A stretch of 45,337 nucleotides of DNA. It comes from Corallococcus sp. bb12-1 (GTDB lineage: Bacteria; Myxococcota; Myxococcia; Myxococcales; Myxococcaceae). Positions 1 through 8,933 of the stretch are shown here, in pieces. Under the pieces are notes generated by a model. The model searched no databases, was not told the DNA's origin, and was given only the letters and a program-made list of their open reading frames with translations. Position 1 is the stretch's first letter. Each line of letters opens with the position of its first letter. The position numbers and the translations under genes were made by a program. The stretch spans positions 269,012 through 314,348 of the forward strand of contig NZ_JAPNJZ010000012.1 in the NCBI RefSeq assembly GCF_026626765.1, read 5' to 3'.

Positions 1-158
1 GTGCCCATCAGCCCCACGCTGGCGCCGCCGTAGACGAGCGTCAGCCCCCGCCGGGCCAGCGCGGCGCCCAGCTTCGTGGCCGCGTCGCGGTACTCGGCGC
101 GCACGCCGGAGCGGGAGCCGCAGAAGACGCAGACGCTGCGCACGTTCGCTTCGGCCAT
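1..158 (-). CDS. LOG family protein (cytokinin riboside 5'-monophosphate phosphoribohydrolase-like, TIGR00730 type). Partial: the N-terminal 52 codons are in the window and the gene continues past position 1.
   Basis: Reverse-strand translation from ATG (complement of 156-158): [52 protein letters not shown]. The VFCGS...YGGxxxGLMG pattern is typical of LOG/YvdD proteins. It starts 1 nt after the rhomboid stop, implying an operon. Confidence 0.6.
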   Translation of the reverse strand, partial: MAEANVRSVCVFCGSRSGVRAEYRDAATKLGAALARRGLTLVYGGASVGLMG

Positions 159-159
159 G

Positions 160-927
160 TCAGAAACCTCCGCGCCGTTCGGGGTGGGCGGCGACCAGGG
201 CCAGGGCCGCGGCGATGAACAGCAGCACGGGGATGGCGCGCGCGTAGAACTTCCGGCCCTGGCGCAGGGCCATGCCGCACGGCAGTCCGAAGAGGAACCC
301 GCCCAGGTGTCCCGCCCAGCTCACGCCGGGCAGCAGGCTGATGACCGCCACCTGCACCAGCCAGAAGTACAGGTCCTTGCGGCCCTGTTGCGTGGCGATG
401 GGCAGCATCGCGCCGCCCCAGCCGAGGATCATCCCGGAGGCGCCCACCGTCTGGACGTTGAAGTTGAAGAAGAGCGCGAACGCGGAGCCGCCCAGCGCGG
501 TGACGAGCGACAGCGCCAGGAACCGCAGGCTGCCGATGCCGCGCTCCAGCGTCTGGCCCATCGTGAAGACGACGGACATGTTGAAGAACAGGTGCAGCGC
601 GTTGCCGTGCTCGAACACCATGCCCAACAGGCGCCAGTACTCGCCGGCCTGCACCGCCGGGCCGAAGAGGGCCAGCGGCTTCAGGACTCCCACCACCGTC
701 CCGTCCGGAGCCACCAGCGTCTGGCCCAGCGAGCGGCCCAGGAAGAACATCGCCACCGCGCCGGCCATCAGCGCGTAGCAGACGTACGGGCGGGGCAGGG
801 CGACCTGCGGCCCCCGGGGCCCCGGCGGCGGGCCGTCCCCATCGCGGTTCTCCGGCGGGCGTCCGGGTTCGTCTCCCAGGCCGGTGGGGCCCGGCAGGTC
901 ATTCTGCGTGCGGCGCGGACTGGACAT
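160..927 (-). CDS. Rhomboid family intramembrane serine protease.
   Basis: 255-aa ORF with multiple TM segments. Catalytic GASG motif ([11 protein letters not shown]) and a downstream His in a TM helix ([10 protein letters not shown]), the rhomboid Ser-His dyad context. Confidence 0.8.
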   Translation of the reverse strand: MSSPRRTQNDLPGPTGLGDEPGRPPENRDGDGPPPGPRGPQVALPRPYVCYALMAGAVAMFFLGRSLGQTLVAPDGTVVGVLKPLALFGPAVQAGEYWRLLGMVFEHGNALHLFFNMSVVFTMGQTLERGIGSLRFLALSLVTALGGSAFALFFNFNVQTVGASGMILGWGGAMLPIATQQGRKDLYFWLVQVAVISLLPGVSWAGHLGGFLFGLPCGMALRQGRKFYARAIPVLLFIAAALALVAAHPERRGGF

Positions 928-933
928 GGGGGC

Positions 934-2523
934 TCACAGCTCCCGGGACAGCACGGTGTCGCGCGTGCCCTGGTGCTCGTCGGTGTGGGGGTAGTCCAGG
1001 GTGTAGTGCAGGCCCCGGCTCTCCTTGCGACGGCTCGCGCAGTCCACGATGAGGTGCGCGACCTCCGCGATGTTGCGCAGCTCGATGACGTCGCGGGTCA
1101 CCTTGAAGCGCCAGTAGTAGTCGCGGATCTCCTCGCGCAACAGCTCCAGCCGCCGCCGCGCGCGCATCAGCCGCTTGTCCGTGCGCACGATGCCGACGTA
1201 GTTCCACATCAGGCGGCGGATCTCATCCCAGTTGTGGGCGACGACCACGCGCTCGTCGGAGTCCACCGCGCTGCCGGAGTCCCACTCGGGCGGCTCCTCC
1301 TTGGGATGCGTCAGCGAGGAAATCTCCTCCGCCGCCACCTTCACCGCGCGGTGGCCGAACACCAGGCCCTCCAGCAGGGAATTGGACGCGAGCCGGTTGG
1401 CGCCGTGCAGGCCCGTGGAGGACACCTCGCCAATGGCGTAGAGGCCCGGCACGTTGGTGCGCCCGTGCAGGTCCGTCACCACGCCGCCGCACTGGTAGTG
1501 GGCCGCGGGCACGACGGGGATGGGCTGCACGGCCATGTCGATGTTGAAGGCCTTGCAGGTGGCGTAGATGTTGGGGAAGCGCTCGGTGACGTACGCGCGG
1601 CCCAGGTGCGTCATGTCCAGGTAGACGCAGTCGTTGCCCGTGCGCTTCAACTCCGCGTCGATGGCGCGCGCCACCACGTCGCGCGGCGCCAGGTCCCTCA
1701 GGGCGTGGTAGCGCTCCATGAAGGCCTGCCCGTCCTTGAGCCGCAGCTTGCCGCCCTCGCCGCGCAGGGCCTCGCTGATGAGGAAGCTCTTGGCCTCCGG
1801 GTGGAACAGGCAGGTGGGGTGGAACTGGTAGAACTCCATGTTCGCCACGCGCGCGCCCGCGCGGTACGCCATGGCCACGCCGTCACCCGTCGCGACGTCC
1901 GGGTTGGACGTGTACAGGTACACCTTGCCCGCGCCGCCGGTGGCCAGCACCGTCACCTTGGAGAGGAAGCGCTCGATGCTTCCGTCCTCCATCAGCGCGT
2001 ACACGCCCACGCACCGGCTGGCGGAGGGCGAGTGCGGCTTGCGGTCCAGCATCAGGTCGATGGCGGCCGTGTTCTGGAAGAACGTGATGTTGGGGTGTTC
2101 GTCGCACGCGGCCAGCATGGCGCGCTGCACCTCGCGGCCGGTGATGTCGCCCGCGTGGATGACCCGGCGGGCGGAGTGGCCGCCCTCGCGCGTGAGGTCG
2201 AACTCGCCGCCAACCCGCCGGTCGAACTCGGCGCCCAGGGCGACGAGCTGTCGCAGGCGCTCAGGGCCTTCTCGCACGGTGACCTCCACCGCGTCCCGGT
2301 GGCACAGCCCCGCGCCCGCCACGAGCGTGTCCTCGATGTGGGAATCGAAGGTGTCGGTGGGGGCCAGCACCCCGGCGATGCCCCCCTGCGCGTAGGCGGT
2401 GTTGCCTTCGCCTCGCTCGCGCTTGGTGAGCACGGCGACGGTGCCGTGCTGGGCCGCCTGCAGGGCGAACGACAGACCCGCCACGCCTCCGCCCAGGACC
2501 AGGAAATCAAACCGATGGGGCAT
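934..2523 (-). CDS. nadB: L-aspartate oxidase (NAD biosynthesis).
   Basis: N-terminal FAD-binding fingerprint FDFLVLGGGVAGLSFAL. Fumarate-reductase/succinate-dehydrogenase flavoprotein-like body (HYxCGG, RGEGG, PTxHYxMGG). Start chosen at the internal ATG (MPHRFDFLVLGG) rather than the 5' end of the ORF at 2679. Confidence 0.9.
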   Translation of the reverse strand: MPHRFDFLVLGGGVAGLSFALQAAQHGTVAVLTKRERGEGNTAYAQGGIAGVLAPTDTFDSHIEDTLVAGAGLCHRDAVEVTVREGPERLRQLVALGAEFDRRVGGEFDLTREGGHSARRVIHAGDITGREVQRAMLAACDEHPNITFFQNTAAIDLMLDRKPHSPSASRCVGVYALMEDGSIERFLSKVTVLATGGAGKVYLYTSNPDVATGDGVAMAYRAGARVANMEFYQFHPTCLFHPEAKSFLISEALRGEGGKLRLKDGQAFMERYHALRDLAPRDVVARAIDAELKRTGNDCVYLDMTHLGRAYVTERFPNIYATCKAFNIDMAVQPIPVVPAAHYQCGGVVTDLHGRTNVPGLYAIGEVSSTGLHGANRLASNSLLEGLVFGHRAVKVAAEEISSLTHPKEEPPEWDSGSAVDSDERVVVAHNWDEIRRLMWNYVGIVRTDKRLMRARRRLELLREEIRDYYWRFKVTRDVIELRNIAEVAHLIVDCASRRKESRGLHYTLDYPHTDEHQGTRDTVLSREL

Positions 2524-2611
2524 GGCGAACAGGCTTAATGGCGGTAAGTGCTGGAAACAAGGCGTTTTCTTGAGGACTTTCCGGCGGTTGTCTAAGGTTT
2601 CGGCCGCCGCC
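2524..2611. promoter_or_regulatory. Divergent intergenic region between nadB (minus) and the lytic transglycosylase (plus). It presumably carries both promoters.
   Basis: An 88-bp non-coding gap that is noticeably less GC-rich than its surroundings (ggcttaatggcggtaagtgctggaaacaaggcgttttcttgagg). No confident -35/-10 assignment was possible. Confidence 0.3.
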
Positions 2612-3301
2612 ATGCGTGTCCTCACCTCCCTTGTCGCCCTGCTGACCCTCGCCCCCGCAGCGTCGTTCGCCGACGGCATCTACAGCTACGTGGAGAAGGA
2701 CGGCACGATCGTCTACACGAACGTGCCGCCGGCGGGCTCGCGCAAGGCGCGCAAGCTGGCCGGCACCTTCACGCCCGCGCCCGCCACCAGCGCTCCGGTG
2801 CGGGGCCGTTCGCGCACGCCCGAAGAGCTGGATCCGCACATCGCCAAGGCGGCCCTGCGCTACCGCATCCCGTCCGCGCTGGTGCGCGCCATCATGCACA
2901 CGGAGAGCAACTTCAACCCGAACGCGCTCAGCCACAAGGGCGCCAGCGGGCTGATGCAGCTCATGCCGGCCACCGCGTCGGACATGTACGTGAAGGACAT
3001 CTTCGACTCGAAGGAGAACATCGAGGGCGGCGTGCGCTACCTGCGCGTGCTGGCCAACATGTTCGACGGCGACATGGTGAAGATGGTCGCCGCCTACAAC
3101 GCCGGGCCTGAGGCCGTGAAGAAATACGGAGGCCAGGTGCCGCCGTACGCGGAGACGCAGGCGTACGTGCGCAAGGTCGTCCAGCTCTACTACCACTACA
3201 AGGAGCGCGAGCGGCTCGCCCAGGCCGAGGCCAGCAGCCGTGAGCCCACACCCGAGAATGACGACGCGCACGAAGGGGACGAAGGAGCCGGGCCCCGCTG
3301 A
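2612..3301 (+). CDS. Secreted lytic transglycosylase (SLT domain) with an N-terminal DUF4124-like region.
   Basis: Signal peptide MRVLTSLVALLTLAPAASFA. SLT catalytic region AIMHTESNFNPNALSHKGASGLMQLMPATA...AYNAG (the catalytic Glu sits in TES; GLMQ and AYNAG motifs are present). Confidence 0.8.
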   Translation: MRVLTSLVALLTLAPAASFADGIYSYVEKDGTIVYTNVPPAGSRKARKLAGTFTPAPATSAPVRGRSRTPEELDPHIAKAALRYRIPSALVRAIMHTESNFNPNALSHKGASGLMQLMPATASDMYVKDIFDSKENIEGGVRYLRVLANMFDGDMVKMVAAYNAGPEAVKKYGGQVPPYAETQAYVRKVVQLYYHYKERERLAQAEASSREPTPENDDAHEGDEGAGPR

Positions 3302-4955
3302 CGAGGAGTTCCTCCAGCAGCTCTACCGCGGAAGCGAACTGCTGGGCGCCGGCAAGGTCATTGAAGCGAAGGACTTCCTGGAGCGTGCGCACCAGCTCCA
3401 GCCGCGTCACGAGAAGGCCCAGAATCTCCTGGGCCTGACCTATTTCAAGCTGGGCCTCTTCGACCGCGCCGCCGACCTGTACGAGATGCTCGTGCGGGAC
3501 AACCCGGTGGACCCCACGCTGCGCGTCAACCTGGGGCTCGTCTACCTGAAGACGAACGCGCTCCAGCGCGCGGCGCGCGAGTTCGAGACCGCCACCGACC
3601 TGGCCCCGGACCACAAGAAGGCCCACAACTACCTGGGCCTGACCTTCGCCCAGATGGGTGAGTACGGCCGCGCGCGCGAGCACTTCCTCTTGTCCGGCAG
3701 CGATGCCATGGCGGAGAAGATGTCGCGCGCCATCGCCGGCGAGGGCTTCAGCCGGCCCCCCGCGCCCGCCCGTCCGCGCGACGCGGAAGGCAGCGAAGGG
3801 GAGGGCGCGTCCGCCGCCTCCACCGGTTCGGGCGAGAACGACTGGGGCGCCCAGTTCGGCCTCGACGAGGCCCCCCCGAAGCCTCCCGCCGCTGGGACCC
3901 GGGAGGGCCGCGCTCCCGTCGCGGGAACGCCGCCGCCGCGTCCCTCCGACGACGAGCTGCGCTTCGACGAGGACGAAGGCCCGTCCACGGGCACCCAGTC
4001 CTCGTCCTCCGGAGCGGCGATTCAAGAGGAAGAAGAGCCAGGCCTCGCCGCCGGTTCGACCGCCTCCGACGACGACGAGGCCCGGGAGCTGGCCGAGGCG
4101 ACGGACGCGTACACCTCCGGTGAGGACGTAGAGGTGTCCGACGAACTGCCCCCGACCCCAGTGTCGGAGGAGATTGAAGTCTCCGAGGAACCCGGCACCG
4201 CCTTCGAGGAGACCTCCGCCGCGCTGGCCGTGAGCGGTTCCCCCGCGTCGGTGCGCGCCGCGCTGGCCGTGACGCCGACCTCCGCCGCGACCGGATCCGG
4301 ACCCGGCGTGAACCCACCGATGCTCACCGCGTGGGCGCCCACGGCGGTGCTGCTGGGCGTGTCATCGGATCAACCCTTCGTGCAGGGGCCGGCGAGCGTC
4401 GCGGTGGCGGTGAACGGCGAACTGCTCACCCGGCTGGAGGGGCTCATCGCCGTGCAGGGACAGGTCACCTTCCAGCCGGAGATGAAGCGCTTCCGGGGCC
4501 GGGCCACGGACAAGCCCTTCGGTGAGGGCGTCCAGGCCATGGTGCGTGCCCGGGGCCAGGGCACCCTGTACCTGGAGCCGGCCGCCTCGCGGCAACTGGT
4601 GGCCATGGTGCTGGACGACGAGTCCGTCTACCTGCGCGACGCGTGCGTCTTCGCCTTCGAGGAGCCGGTGGTGTTCGAGAACGGCCGCGTGCCGTCGGAC
4701 CTGGCGCCTGATCTGGACCTCGTGCACCTGCGTGGGCAGGGGCGGGTGCTGCTGAGCCTGTCGGGGCCGCTGCGCTCGGTGCCGGTGACGATGGACGCGC
4801 CGGTGTCGGTGCCCCTGTCGCACCTGGTGGGCTGGCTGGGAAATCTCACCCCGCGTGTGGTGCCGCTGCTCCAGTCCGCTGGAGGGGAGACACTGCGCTC
4901 GGCGGTGGAGTTGGGCGGTGAAGGTTTTGCCCTCATCGCACTCGGGGTCCGGTAG
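3258..4955 (+). CDS. TPR-repeat protein with a long acidic, Ser/Glu/Asp-rich linker and a C-terminal beta-rich domain of unknown function.
   Basis: N-terminal TPR-like repeats (LGLTYFKLGLFDRAADLYEMLVRDNP, LGLVYLKTNALQRAAREFETATDLAPD, LGLTFAQMGEYGRAREHF). A low-complexity acidic segment follows, then a conserved-looking C-terminal ~230 aa. The ATG at 3258 overlaps the upstream gene by 44 nt, so the start is uncertain. Confidence 0.65.
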   Translation: MTTRTKGTKEPGPADEEFLQQLYRGSELLGAGKVIEAKDFLERAHQLQPRHEKAQNLLGLTYFKLGLFDRAADLYEMLVRDNPVDPTLRVNLGLVYLKTNALQRAAREFETATDLAPDHKKAHNYLGLTFAQMGEYGRAREHFLLSGSDAMAEKMSRAIAGEGFSRPPAPARPRDAEGSEGEGASAASTGSGENDWGAQFGLDEAPPKPPAAGTREGRAPVAGTPPPRPSDDELRFDEDEGPSTGTQSSSSGAAIQEEEEPGLAAGSTASDDDEARELAEATDAYTSGEDVEVSDELPPTPVSEEIEVSEEPGTAFEETSAALAVSGSPASVRAALAVTPTSAATGSGPGVNPPMLTAWAPTAVLLGVSSDQPFVQGPASVAVAVNGELLTRLEGLIAVQGQVTFQPEMKRFRGRATDKPFGEGVQAMVRARGQGTLYLEPAASRQLVAMVLDDESVYLRDACVFAFEEPVVFENGRVPSDLAPDLDLVHLRGQGRVLLSLSGPLRSVPVTMDAPVSVPLSHLVGWLGNLTPRVVPLLQSAGGETLRSAVELGGEGFALIALGVR

Positions 4956-4966
4956 AAAGCGCGCCC

Positions 4967-5656
4967 ATGGCCACGGACCGAGCTCTCAGGAAGCAGAAGA
5001 AGCGCGAGGAGCGGGCCCGCAAGCGCGCGAACCGCCGTCCCAGCATCCTGGTGCAGGAGTTCTGGAACCTGCCCAACATGCTCACGTTGGGGCGGATCCT
5101 CATCATCCCCCTGTTCGTCTGGCTCACCTACGACGCGGATCCGCTCCACTCGCTGCTCGCGGGGCTCGTGTTCGCGGTGGCCTCCATCACCGACGTGGTG
5201 GACGGCTACCTGGCGCGCAAGTGGAACCTCATCACCGTGGTGGGCAAGTTCATGGACCCGCTGGCGGACAAGCTCATCGCCATGGCCGCCCTGGTGATGA
5301 TGGTCCGCCTGGGCCGCATCGCCGCCTGGGTCGTCATCGTGCTGCTGGCCCGGGAGTTCATCGTCAGCGGCCTGCGCACCATCGCCGCCAGCGAGGGCAT
5401 GGTCATCGCCGCCGGCCAGGAGGGGAAGTGGAAGACGTCCCTCCAACTCGTCGGGATCATCTCCCTGTGCGTCCACTACGTGCATCCCCTGAACCTGGGA
5501 TTCCAGACCGTCACGGTCGACTACAACCAGGTGGGCAAGGTGCTCGTGTACCTGTCGAGCGCGTTCTCCGTGTGGAGCGCCGTCGTCTACTTCCGCGCCT
5601 TCCTGGCGATGCTCGCCCGGAGGGGTGGCGCGGATCCGGATGCGAAAAGTGTTTGA
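4967..5656 (+). CDS. pgsA: CDP-diacylglycerol--glycerol-3-phosphate 3-phosphatidyltransferase.
   Basis: CDP-alcohol phosphatidyltransferase signature DGYLARKWNLITVVGKFMDPLADKL (D-G-x2-A-R-x8-G-x3-D-x3-D). Four or more TM helices and a basic N-terminus. Confidence 0.85.
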   Translation: MATDRALRKQKKREERARKRANRRPSILVQEFWNLPNMLTLGRILIIPLFVWLTYDADPLHSLLAGLVFAVASITDVVDGYLARKWNLITVVGKFMDPLADKLIAMAALVMMVRLGRIAAWVVIVLLAREFIVSGLRTIAASEGMVIAAGQEGKWKTSLQLVGIISLCVHYVHPLNLGFQTVTVDYNQVGKVLVYLSSAFSVWSAVVYFRAFLAMLARRGGADPDAKSV

Positions 5657-5743
5657 CGGGTCCGACGGCCCTCTGTATACCCCATCTCACTTCCGGCGCG
5701 GCACCGCCCGACGGAAAGCAGCAAGCGGTACGGCAGTCCTGAT

Positions 5744-5818
5744 GCGGGAATAGCTCAGCGGTAGAGCATCGCCTTGCCAAGGCGAGGGTCGAGGGTTCAA
5801 ATCCCTTTTCCCGCTCCA
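5744..5818 (+). tRNA. tRNA-Gly (anticodon GCC), with encoded CCA.
   Basis: GCGGGAATAGCTCAGCGGTAGAGCATCGCCTTGCCAAGGCGAGGGTCGAGGGTTCAAATCCCTTTTCCCGCTCCA. Acceptor stem GCGGGAA/TTCCCGC. Anticodon stem TCGCC/GGCGA with loop TTGCCAA, so the anticodon is GCC. T-loop TTCAAAT. Length 75 nt. Confidence 0.85.
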
Positions 5819-5827
5819 AAAAATAAA

Positions 5828-5858
5828 GGCCCTCTGGGAAACCAGGGGGCCTTTTTCT
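5828..5858 (+). terminator. Rho-independent terminator after the tRNA-Gly.
   Basis: Hairpin aggccctctgg-gaaa-ccagggggcct followed by TTTTTCTTTT. Confidence 0.6.
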
Positions 5859-5977
5859 TTTCCAGACGTGGTTCCCAGGAAGTGCACGCGAGGCTTGCGC
5901 GGCGCACCGTGGCGAGCGACCGGACGGGCGTGTCCGCGAGCGCCCGGAGGTCCCGTTGCTCACCTCTTCCGCTTCGC

Positions 5978-6778
5978 ATGATGTATGGATGGCCCTGCAT
6001 GCTTCGCAACCTGCGTGAGCTCTACCAATACCGGGGCCTCCTGCTCAGCCTGACCCAACGGGAGCTCAAGGCGCGGTACCGGAATTCGGTGCTCGGCTTC
6101 CTGTGGACGTTCCTCAACCCGATGCTGCAGATGGGCGTCTACTCCCTGCTCTTCACCGTCTACATGCGGCAGAAGATCGAGGGGTACACCTTCTTCGTGT
6201 TCGTGGGCCTGCTGCCGTGGATCTGGTTCTCCACGTCCCTGGGCGCCGGGGCCAGCGCCATCAGCGACCGGCGCGACCTGCTCACCAAGGTGCGGTTCCC
6301 CGCGCAGGTGCTGCCGGCCACGGTGGTGGTGACCAACCTGTGCAACTACGTGCTGTCACTGCCCTTGATGATCGGGCTGGGGCTGCTGCTGGGCTACGTG
6401 CCCACCTGGCATGTGGTGGCCTTCCCGGTGGTGCTGCTCACCCAGCTGAGCATGACGGTGGCGCTGGTCTACATCGTGTCCGCGTTGAACGTGACGTTCC
6501 GGGACCTGCAGCAGATCATCGCCAACCTCCTGACCATGTGGTTCTTCGTCACGCCCGTCTTCTTCCGGGTGGACACGCTGCCTGAAGTCGCCCAGGCCCC
6601 CCTCGTGCTGCTCAACCCGATGGCGGTCATGGTGACGTCCTACCAGGCCATCTTCTACGAGCACCGTCTTCCCAATCCGGGGCCGCTCCTCATGTGGATG
6701 GGCATCTCCTTTGGGCTGCTCTGGGTGGCCGCCGGCATCTTCGAGCGTCGGCGCGAGGACTTCGCGGAGTTCATATGA
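5978..6778 (+). CDS. wzm: ABC-2 type polysaccharide (O-antigen) exporter permease, Wzm.
   Basis: ABC-2 transporter N-terminal signature (LTQRELKARYRNSVLGFLWTFLNPMLQMGVYSLLF) and six TM helices. Stop overlaps the start of the next ATPase gene (ATGA). Matches the rfbA/wzm-type gene of the myxobacterial O-antigen locus. Confidence 0.85.
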   Translation: MMYGWPCMLRNLRELYQYRGLLLSLTQRELKARYRNSVLGFLWTFLNPMLQMGVYSLLFTVYMRQKIEGYTFFVFVGLLPWIWFSTSLGAGASAISDRRDLLTKVRFPAQVLPATVVVTNLCNYVLSLPLMIGLGLLLGYVPTWHVVAFPVVLLTQLSMTVALVYIVSALNVTFRDLQQIIANLLTMWFFVTPVFFRVDTLPEVAQAPLVLLNPMAVMVTSYQAIFYEHRLPNPGPLLMWMGISFGLLWVAAGIFERRREDFAEFI

Positions 6779-8085
6779 GCAGCGACCTCGCGTCGCCGGA
6801 CGCCATCGTGCTGCGGAACGTGGTGAAGAGCTTCCGCAAGAGCACCATCCGGCGCGAATACACGACCATCAAGTCGGAGCTGATCCGCATGCTCCGGGGC
6901 AAGCGCGACGTGGACGGCAAGTCCATGATCGAAGCGCTCCGGGGCGTGGATCTCGTGGTGCCCCGCGGCAAGACGGTGGGCATCATCGGGCGCAACGGCT
7001 CCGGCAAGAGCACGCTGCTCAAGCTCATCTGCGGAATCTACACGCCGACGACGGGCACCATCGACATCCACGGGCGGATCAGCGCGCTCCTGGACCTGGG
7101 CGCGGGCTTCCACCCGGACTTCTCCGGCCGGGAGAACATCCTCATCAACGGCATCATCCTGGGGATGACTCGCGCGGAGGTGAAGGCCCGGATGGAGGAG
7201 ATCATCACCTTCAGCGAGCTGGGTGACTTCATCGACGAGCCGGTGCGCACCTACTCCAGCGGCATGTACATGCGGCTGGCGTTCTCGGTGGCCACGCACG
7301 TGGACCCGGACATCCTCATCATCGATGAGATCCTGGCCGTGGGCGATGAGCACTTCGGCAAGAAAAGCCTCGCGAAGATGACGGAGTTCAAGCGGGCCGG
7401 GAAGACCATCGTCATCGTCACCCACGACCTGGGGACGCTGGAGCGCTGGTGCGACCTGGGCGCGTGGATCGACGCGGGCCGCATCCGCGAGTTCGGTCCT
7501 CCCGCGGAGGTCATCAAGAGCTACAAGCGCGCGGTGGCGCTGGCCGAAGAGCGCGGCATGGCGATGGAGTCGCCCGCGCTGGCGTCCGACGGCGGGGCCC
7601 TGCCTTCGCTCGCGGCGGCGCCCTCCGCGCCTTCGCCGGTGGAGGTGGACGCGGTGGGACTGCTGCGCCGGGACGGCACCGTGGCGGAGTGGGTGGACAC
7701 CGAGGACGGGGTGGAGCTGTGCGTGGGGTTCACCACGCGGACGCCCACGCCGGGGCTGGGCTTCGGCCTGGAGCTGACGCGCGCGGACGGCGTGGTCGTC
7801 TACGGCACGGACACCTTCGTGGAGCGCGTGCCGTTCCGGGCGGAGACGCCGGGCAGCGGGTCGGTGCGCTTCGTCGTCGACCGGCTGGGGCTCACGGCGG
7901 GCCGCTATGCGTTCACGGTGACGGTGCGGGATGCGGCCGGGCAGGTACTGCAGAAGCGTGAAGCGGCGTGTGCCTTCGAGGTGCGCTCCGGCGTCCAGGA
8001 CGTGGGCGTGACGCGGCCGGTGCACCATTGGGTCGTGGAGGGCGTCGGGGCGTGCGTGGCGCCGGTGCGAGACGTAGGCTCGTGA
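6775..8085 (+). CDS. wzt: O-antigen ABC transporter ATP-binding protein Wzt, with a C-terminal carbohydrate-binding (Wzt_C-like) domain.
   Basis: Walker A GRNGSGKST, ABC signature YSSGMYMRLAF, Walker B ILIIDEIL. A ~170-aa beta-rich C-terminal extension (VRFVVDRLGLTAGRYAFTVTV) resembles the terminal-cap-binding domain of Wzt proteins. Confidence 0.85.
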   Translation: MSSDLASPDAIVLRNVVKSFRKSTIRREYTTIKSELIRMLRGKRDVDGKSMIEALRGVDLVVPRGKTVGIIGRNGSGKSTLLKLICGIYTPTTGTIDIHGRISALLDLGAGFHPDFSGRENILINGIILGMTRAEVKARMEEIITFSELGDFIDEPVRTYSSGMYMRLAFSVATHVDPDILIIDEILAVGDEHFGKKSLAKMTEFKRAGKTIVIVTHDLGTLERWCDLGAWIDAGRIREFGPPAEVIKSYKRAVALAEERGMAMESPALASDGGALPSLAAAPSAPSPVEVDAVGLLRRDGTVAEWVDTEDGVELCVGFTTRTPTPGLGFGLELTRADGVVVYGTDTFVERVPFRAETPGSGSVRFVVDRLGLTAGRYAFTVTVRDAAGQVLQKREAACAFEVRSGVQDVGVTRPVHHWVVEGVGACVAPVRDVGS

Positions 8086-8933
8086 GCAGACGGGATGCGG
8101 CAGGCCGGGGGGAGCCGGGCATCTGGCTGGGCATCGTGCTGTACCGGAACCCGACGCGGGAGCTGGAGCGGTTGTGGACGTCGCTCCAGTGGAACCGCGA
8201 CGCCGTGGGGGCTCCCGGCTTCCGCGTGACGTGGCTGGACAACTCGCCGGACGACTCGCTGCGGGACGTGGTGACGCGGCTGGATGCCCGGGCGGACTAC
8301 CGGTACTCCGGACACAACCTGGGCTTCGGCGGCGCGCACAACCGGCTGATGGCGGAGGCCTTCGGGACGGCCGGGGTGCGCCACTACATCTGCGTGAACC
8401 CGGATGGGGTGCTGCACCCGGACTGCGTGCGCGAACTGGTCCACGAAGCGGACCGGCTGCCGGACACCGGCCTGGTGGAGGCGCGGCTGTTCCCGGATGA
8501 ACACCCCAAACCCTATGATCCGGTGACGGGGGAAACGCCGTGGTGCAGTGGGTGCGTGCTGCTCGTCACCCGGAAGTTGCATGCCCGGGCGGGGGGCTTC
8601 GACGAGCGTTTCTTCATGTACTGCGAGGACGTGGACCTGTCGTGGCGCGCGCGAGCCCTGGGGCTGTCCGTCCGGGTGGCACCGGCGGCGCGGGTGCACC
8701 ACTACACGGTCACCCGGGAGGAGAGTCCGCTGCGGGAGCGGATGGTGCGCCGCAGCGCTGCCCTGCTGGGGGCGAAGTACGGCAACGCCACCTTCATGCG
8801 CGACCGCCTTCGGGAGTACTCCGCGCTGGGGGGCGAACCGTTCGCCGTGCCCGAGGTCGTGAACCCGGGGTGGCGCTTGTCGCGGATCGCTGAGTTCGGC
8901 CACCACCTGGAGTTCGCGCGGAGGCGCTGGTGA
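8082..8933 (+). CDS. Family 2 glycosyltransferase.
   Basis: GTG start overlapping the wzt stop (GTGA). Motifs WLDNSPDD (DxD-type), LGFGGAHN, FMYCEDVDLSWR and the general GT2 layout. Confidence 0.75.
   Translation: MSRRDAAGRGEPGIWLGIVLYRNPTRELERLWTSLQWNRDAVGAPGFRVTWLDNSPDDSLRDVVTRLDARADYRYSGHNLGFGGAHNRLMAEAFGTAGVRHYICVNPDGVLHPDCVRELVHEADRLPDTGLVEARLFPDEHPKPYDPVTGETPWCSGCVLLVTRKLHARAGGFDERFFMYCEDVDLSWRARALGLSVRVAPAARVHHYTVTREESPLRERMVRRSAALLGAKYGNATFMRDRLREYSALGGEPFAVPEVVNPGWRLSRIAEFGHHLEFARRRW

Noticed and set aside
76-2538. An 820-aa ORF on the plus strand covering the rhomboid/nadB region.
   Set aside because: It lies antisense to two genes with strong, specific motifs (rhomboid GASG/His; NadB FAD fingerprint). 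Its translation is low-complexity Arg/Ala/Gly-rich with no motifs. This is the typical shadow ORF of ~70% GC DNA.
2540-2560. Possible sigma-54 (-24/-12) promoter: TGGCggtaagtGCtgg in the nadB/transglycosylase intergenic region.
   Set aside because: The spacing between the GG and GC elements is 8 nt rather than the required 10. The -12 element does not match TTGC(A/T).
3240-3257. GTG at 3240 as an alternative start for the TPR protein (start of the track ORF).
   Set aside because: It would extend the overlap with the upstream lytic transglycosylase gene to 62 nt and adds only a Pro/Arg-rich peptide. The ATG at 3258 was preferred, still with low certainty.
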